Assembly (NCBI GenBank): GCA_050744905.1
Contig: JBOGHR010000401.1
Location: 1-25,473 of the forward strand
Direction: 5' to 3'
Length of the DNA stretch: 25,473 nt
Origin: Acidimicrobiales bacterium
GTDB lineage: Bacteria > Actinomycetota > Acidimicrobiia > Acidimicrobiales > GCA-2861595
Program-made: the position numbers and the translations under genes
Part shown: one piece after another, positions 19,982 to 25,473 of the stretch
How positions within the stretch are numbered: the stretch's first letter is position 1
Layout of the letters: each line of letters begins with the position of its first letter
Notes under the pieces: generated by a model
Databases searched by the model: none
What the model was told of the DNA's origin: nothing
The model's input: the letters and a program-made list of their open reading frames with translations, nothing else

Positions 19982-20838
19982 CCGGAGGCCTCCAGCAGCG
20001 CGCTGGCGACGCGCTGGGCGCCGTGGCCGTCGACCATGGCGCGGGCTGTGACAGCAAGGGACCGGCGCCGAGCCGCATCCCGCGCCAGACTCGCCGCCAC
20101 CTCGGGTGCGTCGGCGACGCCTGCCACCAAGGCGGCACCTGCGGCGTCCACGCCACGAGCCGCCCGGCGCTGGTTGTCGGCGAGGACGACGGCGACGGCC
20201 GGGCGACCGAGCGCCAGTGCTTCCACGAGGGTCACGCCGGCGGCCGTGACGACGATGTCTGCGTCGGCCAGGGCGGGCTCGAGGCCCGAGTCCGTCCGCA
20301 CGCCGACGACGCCTTCGGGAACCTCCGAGTTCGACCAGGGCCCCACCGCCAGGCGTACCTGCACCCCGGGAAGGAGGCGCGCGAGTTCGGCCGCCATGCG
20401 CGAGCCGACTCCTTCGAGGTCCGAAGCGCCCGAGGCGACCAGGGCCGTGGTGACCTCGTTCGCGATCGCGCGGGCTGTCATCCCGGCCAGCGACGGGTCG
20501 ACCAGGGCGTACTTGGGGCCGACCAGGGCGCGGCGGGCGGCATGGTGGATCTCGAGCGGCGCCCCCGGATTCGGGTCCACCACGACATCGCACGCCAGGT
20601 CGCGGGCGAGGTCGTCGATCGCCGCGACAACGCGCCCCGCGAACCGACCGGGCTCATCGACCCGCCACCGGTACGAGTCGACCACGACGACCTCGGCGTC
20701 GACCGGCCCACCGTCCGACGCGACCATACGTGCACGGACACCGAGCTCCTCGAGCGCCGACGCGAGGGCCGACATCCTCCGCCGGTGGCCCATGCCGGCG
20801 CCAGGCCCGTCGTCGAACACCAGAGCGGCCTCGGTCAC
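19978..20838 (-). CDS. pseG: PseG/SpsG-like UDP-diacetamido-trideoxy-altrose hydrolase
   Basis: GAGMGHRRR, VVVDSY, IDD, LVGPKY, TAAGVT..EA, ADNQ, VDGHGA.RV; short (286 aa). Confidence 0.8.
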   Translation of the reverse strand: MTEAALVFDDGPGAGMGHRRRMSALASALEELGVRARMVASDGGPVDAEVVVVDSYRWRVDEPGRFAGRVVAAIDDLARDLACDVVVDPNPGAPLEIHHAARRALVGPKYALVDPSLAGMTARAIANEVTTALVASGASDLEGVGSRMAAELARLLPGVQVRLAVGPWSNSEVPEGVVGVRTDSGLEPALADADIVVTAAGVTLVEALALGRPAVAVVLADNQRRAARGVDAAGAALVAGVADAPEVAASLARDAARRRSLAVTARAMVDGHGAQRVASALLEASG

Positions 20839-21890
20839 ACCATGTCCCAGGTGATGACCTCGTCCTCCTCGATGGTCGTGGTCGCGGTGCGGCCTACCAG
20901 CGCGTCGATGAACTTTGGCTTGATCCCGAACCCCGGCCGCTTCACGGTGAGCATCTCCCGCTGGATGCGATGGCCCTCCGGGATGCGGACGGCTGCCACG
21001 ACTGACCGGCGGGCCTTGGCGAACATCTCCTCGGCCTCAGCGGGCGTCGGCCCCGCCTTCACGCCGTCGCCGAGGGCCGCCTCCACCTCCCGCACCTGTT
21101 CGACCAGACAGCGCAGCTCGTCCGGTTGGATGGCGAAGGAGTGGTCTGGCCCGGGGAGCGTACGGTCGAGCGTGAAGTGCTTTTCGAGCAGGTCAGCGCC
21201 GAGCGCCACGGCTGCGACCGGGATGTGGATGCCCAGGGAGTGGTCGGAGAGACCAACCGGGAGGCGGAAGGCGGCTTTGAGTGTCGAGATGGCGCGCAGG
21301 TTCATGCTGGTCGCCGGCGCGGGATACACGGACGCGCACTGGAGGACCGCCAGCTGGTCGGTCCCGCCGGCACGGGCGGCCTCGAGTGCGTCCTCGATCT
21401 CCCCCAGTGTGGCCATGCCTGTCGACAGGATCACGGGGCGTCGCCGCTCGCCGATATAGCGGATTAGCGGCAGGTCGACCAGCTCGAACGACGCAACCTT
21501 GAACGCTGCGACGTCCAGCGCGTCGAGTTGGTCAACGGCGTCGCGGTCGAACGGGGAGGAAAGGAACTCGATCCCGCAGGCCGCGGAGTGGTCCGCCAGG
21601 TCGGTGTGCCAGTCGCGCGGGAGTTCGAGGCTCTCCAGAAGCGCCGCGGGCGACAGGTCGCTGACGCCTTCGAGGTAGCGGAAGCCTTTTGCCCTCCTCG
21701 AGTAGAGCGTCCGGCCGGTGAAGGTCTGGAACTTGACGGCGTCCGCCCCCGCCTGGGCGGCGACATCGATGAGGCGGCGAGCCATGCCGAAGTCGCGATT
21801 GTGGTTGGACCCTGCTTCCGCGATGACGTAGCAGGGGTGGCCGTCGCCGACCTTCCGCGAGCCGATCGAGATCTCGACCGGATCGATCAC
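20835..21890 (-). CDS. pseI: Nonulosonate (pseudaminic acid) synthase, NeuB/PseI family, with SAF domain
   Basis: IAEAGSNHN, DAVKFQTF, SSPFD, FKVASFE, ILSTGM, GLSDHS, EKHFTL, RRSVV, KRPGFG. Confidence 0.9.
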   Translation of the reverse strand: MIDPVEISIGSRKVGDGHPCYVIAEAGSNHNRDFGMARRLIDVAAQAGADAVKFQTFTGRTLYSRRAKGFRYLEGVSDLSPAALLESLELPRDWHTDLADHSAACGIEFLSSPFDRDAVDQLDALDVAAFKVASFELVDLPLIRYIGERRRPVILSTGMATLGEIEDALEAARAGGTDQLAVLQCASVYPAPATSMNLRAISTLKAAFRLPVGLSDHSLGIHIPVAAVALGADLLEKHFTLDRTLPGPDHSFAIQPDELRCLVEQVREVEAALGDGVKAGPTPAEAEEMFAKARRSVVAAVRIPEGHRIQREMLTVKRPGFGIKPKFIDALVGRTATTTIEEDEVITWDMV

Positions 21891-22963
21891 AGGGATGCCT
21901 TGAGCGCGTCCACGACCATGTCTTGCTGTCTCTCGTCCAAGCCAGGATAGAGCGGGATGGAGAGCAGTCGTTCATAGGCGGCGTCGGTTGCGGGGAGCCC
22001 GCCGACGGGCGCGAAATCGGTGTAGTACGGGTGATGGTGGATCGGGACGTAGTGCACCTGGACGCCGATTCCCGCCTCACGCATCCGGTCGTACACCCCC
22101 GCTCGGTTGGCCACGCGGATGGGAAACAGGTGATACGCGTGGCGGTGGCCGGGAAGGGCAGCGGTCGGGAGCTCGACCGGCAGGTCAGCGAGAAGGGTAC
22201 GGTACCGGTCGGCGAGCTCGTTGCGCCGCTCAACGAACCGCTCGAGCTTTGCCAGCTGACTGAGGCCGAGTGCGGCCTGGAGGTCGGTCATTCGGTAGTT
22301 GAAGCCCAGGCTGACGACGTCATAGGCCCAACCGCCTCGCTCCGGGCGGGGGACGATGCCGTGGCTGCGGAACCGGCGGAGGGACTCGGCCAGCTCGGGC
22401 TCGTTGGTGGTCACCGCCCCGCCCTCTCCGGTGGTGATCGTCTTGACCGGGTGGAACGAGAACACGCACATGTCCGACCGGGCGCAGTTGCCGACTGGGC
22501 CGTCGGGAGTCCTTGCGCCGAGGGCGTGGGCGGCGTCCTCGATGACCACCGGCGGGCGGTAGCTCCCTGCCGAGAGGTCTGCAGGCAGACCCGCGTAGTG
22601 CACGACGACCGCTGCTGAGACCGCGGGGGGGAGGAGCGAGAGGTCGACGTTCAGTGTGGCAGGGTCGACGTCGGCGAAGGCAGGCGTGGCGCCCACGTAG
22701 CGGGCGCACGCGGCACTGGCGACGAACGAGAGCGGGGACGTGACCACGACGTCTCCCGGCCCGAGCCCGGCGGCTGCCACCGCGGCATGGAGGGCAGCCG
22801 TGCCGCTGGAGAACACGACAGCGTCGCCGGCTCCGACCGACGCGGCTAGAGCCTCCTCGAACCGGCCCACGGTCGGCCCCTGGGTGAGCCAGTCCCCGCG
22901 GACCGTCTCGACTACGGCATCGACGTCGTCGTCCTCGAGCGTCTGGCGCCCGTACGGGATCAA
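21887..22963 (-). CDS. pseC: PseC-like PLP-dependent sugar aminotransferase (DegT/DnrJ family)
   Basis: TTG 22963 overlapping the pseB stop; IPYGRQ, WLTQGP, SSGTAALH, EDAAHALG, FSFHPVKTITTGEGG, GFNYR, QVHYVP. Confidence 0.9.
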   Translation of the reverse strand: MIPYGRQTLEDDDVDAVVETVRGDWLTQGPTVGRFEEALAASVGAGDAVVFSSGTAALHAAVAAAGLGPGDVVVTSPLSFVASAACARYVGATPAFADVDPATLNVDLSLLPPAVSAAVVVHYAGLPADLSAGSYRPPVVIEDAAHALGARTPDGPVGNCARSDMCVFSFHPVKTITTGEGGAVTTNEPELAESLRRFRSHGIVPRPERGGWAYDVVSLGFNYRMTDLQAALGLSQLAKLERFVERRNELADRYRTLLADLPVELPTAALPGHRHAYHLFPIRVANRAGVYDRMREAGIGVQVHYVPIHHHPYYTDFAPVGGLPATDAAYERLLSIPLYPGLDERQQDMVVDALKASL

Positions 22964-23931
22964 GGGAGGATCCCCGCGAGGTCCTCTGCCGAGAGCCACC
23001 GGCTGTTCCGGTCGCTCGAGTAGACGAAGCCGTCGTCCAGCGGCTTGCCTTCCACCCAGCGTGGGTGCGACTCCCACCACGGGTGCTCGGGCAGGACGAC
23101 GTAGACCTCGCCGGCGTCGATGGTGTGGCGGCTCTCGTCGGAGGTGATCAGCAGCTCGTGGAGCTTCTCGCCCGGACGGATCCCGATGACCTGACGCGGC
23201 GCGGCGGGTGCCATCGCCTCGGCGAGGTCGACGACGCGCATGGAAGGGATCTTGGGAACGAAGATCTCGCCACCGACCATGTGCTCCAGGCCGTAGAGCA
23301 CGAGGTCCACCGCCTGGTCGAGGGTGATCCAGAAGCGGGTCATGCGCTCGTCGGTGATGGTCAGGCGGCCCGTCCCGGCGGTCTGCTCGCGGAAGAGGGG
23401 GACGACCGAGCCCCTCGACCCCATGACGTTCCCGTAACGCACACAGGCCAGCCGGGTGACGGAATGGGCGGCGTAGGCGTTGCCCTGGACGACGATCTTC
23501 TCGGCGCACAGCTTGGTGGCCCCGTAGAGGTTCACGGGGTTCACGGCCTTGTCGGTGGATAGGGCCAGCACCTTGGGGACGCCGGCGTCGATGGCGGCAT
23601 CGACGACGTGTTGGGCGCCCAGGACATTGGTCCGGACGGCCTCGAAGGGGTTGTACTCGCAGGCAGGCACCTGCTTCATGGCTGCGGCGTGCACGATAAC
23701 GTCGGCGCCCTGGGCGGCGCGGGCCATGCGCCCTCGGTCGCGCACGTCGCCCACCAGGTACCGGAGCTGGTCGTCCCCGAAGCGGGCCCGCATCTCCGAC
23801 TGCTTCAGCTCGTCCCGGGAGTAGACCCGGATCACGGCATCGGGCCAGGTCGGGAGGACTCGCTGGACGAACGCGTTCCCGAACGAACCGGTGCCACCGG
23901 TTAGCAGGACGGTGGCTCCCGAGAGGTCCAT
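22960..23931 (-). CDS. pseB: UDP-N-acetylglucosamine 4,6-dehydratase (inverting)
   Basis: TGGTGSFG, SRDELKQ, HAAAMKQVP.CEYNP, LSTDKA, NLYGATK, RYGNV.GSRGSVVP, RMTRFWI, GIRPGEKLHE. Confidence 0.95.
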   Translation of the reverse strand: MDLSGATVLLTGGTGSFGNAFVQRVLPTWPDAVIRVYSRDELKQSEMRARFGDDQLRYLVGDVRDRGRMARAAQGADVIVHAAAMKQVPACEYNPFEAVRTNVLGAQHVVDAAIDAGVPKVLALSTDKAVNPVNLYGATKLCAEKIVVQGNAYAAHSVTRLACVRYGNVMGSRGSVVPLFREQTAGTGRLTITDERMTRFWITLDQAVDLVLYGLEHMVGGEIFVPKIPSMRVVDLAEAMAPAAPRQVIGIRPGEKLHELLITSDESRHTIDAGEVYVVLPEHPWWESHPRWVEGKPLDDGFVYSSDRNSRWLSAEDLAGILP

Positions 23932-23956
23932 GTCCTCTATCCTGCCTCGGACGGGG

Positions 23957-25051
23957 CTAGACGATCGCCAGCATCCGCTCCAGCGCCACCTTGGCAGACC
24001 TAGCCGTTGCCTTGTCGACGGTGATGCGGTTCACCACCCGGCCATCGACCAGGTTCTCCAGCACCCAGGCCAGGTGGGCGGCGTCGATGCGGAACATGGT
24101 GGAGCAGGGGCAGATGAGCGGGTCCAGCGACACCACTGTCTTGTCGGCGTGCTCGGCGGCCAGCCGCTGGACGAGGTGGATCTCGGTGGCGATGCCGAGC
24201 ACCGCTCCGGCAGGTGCCGCCTCCACCGCCTTGATGATGAAGTCGGTGGAGCCCACCTGGTCGGCCAGGGCGACGGTCTCCCGGGCGCACTCCGGGTGGG
24301 CCACGACGATGCCGCCCGGGTGGGCGGCCCGGAAGTCGGCCACGTGCTGGGGCCGGAACCGCTGGTGGACCGAGCAGTGGCCCTTCCAGAGCAGGAAGGT
24401 GGCCTCCTTCACCTGGCGCTCCTCCAGGCCGCCCAGGTCCCGCCGGGGGTCCCACACGGCCATGTCGGACTCGTCGAAGCCCAGCTGGTGGCCGGTGTTG
24501 CGCCCCAGGTGCTGGTCGGGGAAGAACAGCACCCTGTCGGCCCGCTCCAGGGCCCAGGTGAGCACGGCCCGGGCGTTTGACGACGTGCACACCGCCCCGC
24601 CGTGGTCGCCCACGAAGGCCTTGAGGGCGGCCGAGGAGTTCATGTAGGTGATGGGCGCGACCCGCTCGATGTCGACGACCCCGGCCAGCGCCTCCCACGC
24701 CTCCTCCACCGAGTCGACGTCGGCCATGTCGGCCATGGAGCAGCCGGCGTTGAGGTCGGGCAGTACGACTTGCTGGTGGTCGCCGGTGAGGATGTCGGCC
24801 GACTCGGCCATGAAGTGCACGCCGCAGAACACCACGTACTCGGCGGTGGCGTTGGCGGCGGCCAGCCGGGACAGCCCGAACGAGTCGCCCCGGGCGTCGG
24901 CCCAGCGCATGACCTCGTCGCGCTGGTAGTGGTGGCCGAGTATCAGGAGCCGCTCGCCGAGGCGGGACTTGGCCCCGCCGATCCAGCCGGCCAGCTCTTC
25001 GGGCGACGCGAGGGTGTAGCGGTCGGGTAGCGGTGCCTGGAGCCGCAGCAT
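23957..25051 (-). CDS. nadA: Quinolinate synthase
   Basis: ILGHHYQ, FCGVHFMAE, AGCSMADMA, YMNS, CTSSNA, PDQHLGRN, GHCSVH, HPEC, GST, CPCSTM. Confidence 0.97.
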   Translation of the reverse strand: MLRLQAPLPDRYTLASPEELAGWIGGAKSRLGERLLILGHHYQRDEVMRWADARGDSFGLSRLAAANATAEYVVFCGVHFMAESADILTGDHQQVVLPDLNAGCSMADMADVDSVEEAWEALAGVVDIERVAPITYMNSSAALKAFVGDHGGAVCTSSNARAVLTWALERADRVLFFPDQHLGRNTGHQLGFDESDMAVWDPRRDLGGLEERQVKEATFLLWKGHCSVHQRFRPQHVADFRAAHPGGIVVAHPECARETVALADQVGSTDFIIKAVEAAPAGAVLGIATEIHLVQRLAAEHADKTVVSLDPLICPCSTMFRIDAAHLAWVLENLVDGRVVNRITVDKATARSAKVALERMLAIV

Positions 25052-25170
25052 CTTGGTGAAACCCCCCTCTTGGAGGAGCTCCGATGATGGCCGGCGGGGA
25101 CAGCCTGGTCGCCCATCCGCGGGGTTGTCGGCCTCGGAGCTGGATATGTCGCCGGATACCAGGCCGGCGT
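25052..25170 (-). ncRNA. Structured nadA 5' leader with a NAD+-I (nadA motif)-like riboswitch aptamer (core 25077-25141)
   Basis: Transcript: AGCUCCGA GGCCG-ACAACCCC-GCGG...CCGC-CGGCC auca UCGGAGCU, i.e. P1 / one-sided ACAACCCC bulge / P1a, directly upstream of nadA. Confidence 0.8.
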
Positions 25171-25176
25171 ACGGCC

Positions 25177-25182
25177 ATTGTA
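25177..25182 (-). promoter_or_regulatory. Putative -10 element TACAAT for nadA; predicted TSS ~25170
   Basis: Near-consensus hexamer in very GC-rich DNA, 6 nt before the A preceding the first leader hairpin. Confidence 0.65.
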
Positions 25183-25217
25183 GTTCCGTCGCCTGCGCCG
25201 GGCACGGGCGACCCGGG

Positions 25218-25473
25218 TCACGGGCCGATGGAGTCCTTGCCCTGGAGGAAGATGACCAGGGCCCAGGCCAACCACGAGCCGAGGGCCGTCGCCAGCACCC
25301 GCCCCCGCAGGAGCGCCCACAGCGCCCCGGCGGTGAGCGCGGCCATCGGCAGGGCGAAGCCCAGGCTGACGGAGGTGAGGGCCACCAGGCGCGAGAGCGA
25401 CCGGGGGCCCACCATCACCAGGATCAGAGCGGCGACGGGCACGGCCGGCACGGCGGCCGCCCAGGCCACCCGG
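25218..25473 (-). CDS. Hypothetical membrane protein, 3' part (runs off the window)
   Basis: Hydrophobic ORF (about 3 TM segments) ending at TGA 25220-25218. Confidence 0.6.
   Translation of the reverse strand, partial: RVAWAAAVPAVPVAALILVMVGPRSLSRLVALTSVSLGFALPMAALTAGALWALLRGRVLATALGSWLAWALVIFLQGKDSIGP

Noticed and set aside
17721..21459. Long plus-strand ORFs (17721-19613, 19169-20854, 19891-21459)
   Set aside because: Antisense to well-supported pse genes; no recognisable motifs.
25142..25155. A complete second NAD+-I domain built on ACAUAUCC
   Set aside because: No convincing P1 closes around this junction (flanks GGCG / CCUC pair poorly); kept only as a degenerate echo in the kissing-loop finding.

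Overview
High-GC window, probably from an actinobacterium (Acidimicrobiia-like; inferred from composition and gene style). A surface-polysaccharide locus sits between two housekeeping genes, uvrA (+) and nadA (-). Left arm: partial membrane protein, decayed Uma2-family nuclease gene, GT2-methyltransferase fusion, decayed orphan vapC toxin, uvrA. Middle (+): SAM methyltransferase, intact priming sugar transferase, a truncated GT2 fused to a second copy of the last ~120 bp of uvrA, a frameshifted paralogous sugar transferase, an intact GT2 and a GT4 that appears to start at CTG. Right (-): pseudaminic-acid-type operon (pseB, pseC, pseI, pseG, pseF-GNAT fusion, PseA/WbuX-HisH-HisF amidotransferase trio, Pse-associated methylase), a Wzx flippase and an unknown-domain/GT4 fusion. 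Most notable: (1) the nadA 5' leader holds a single NAD+-I (nadA-motif)-like aptamer, plus a 5' hairpin whose loop is complementary to the aptamer apical loop and a hairpin covering the Shine-Dalgarno; (2) the duplicated uvrA 3' end differs only at synonymous sites, suggesting integrase-free addition of a glycan cassette; (3) a candidate uncharacterised nonulosonate transferase domain. Family assignments are from motif recognition only; no searches were run. Several indels lie in short repeats and could be assembly errors.
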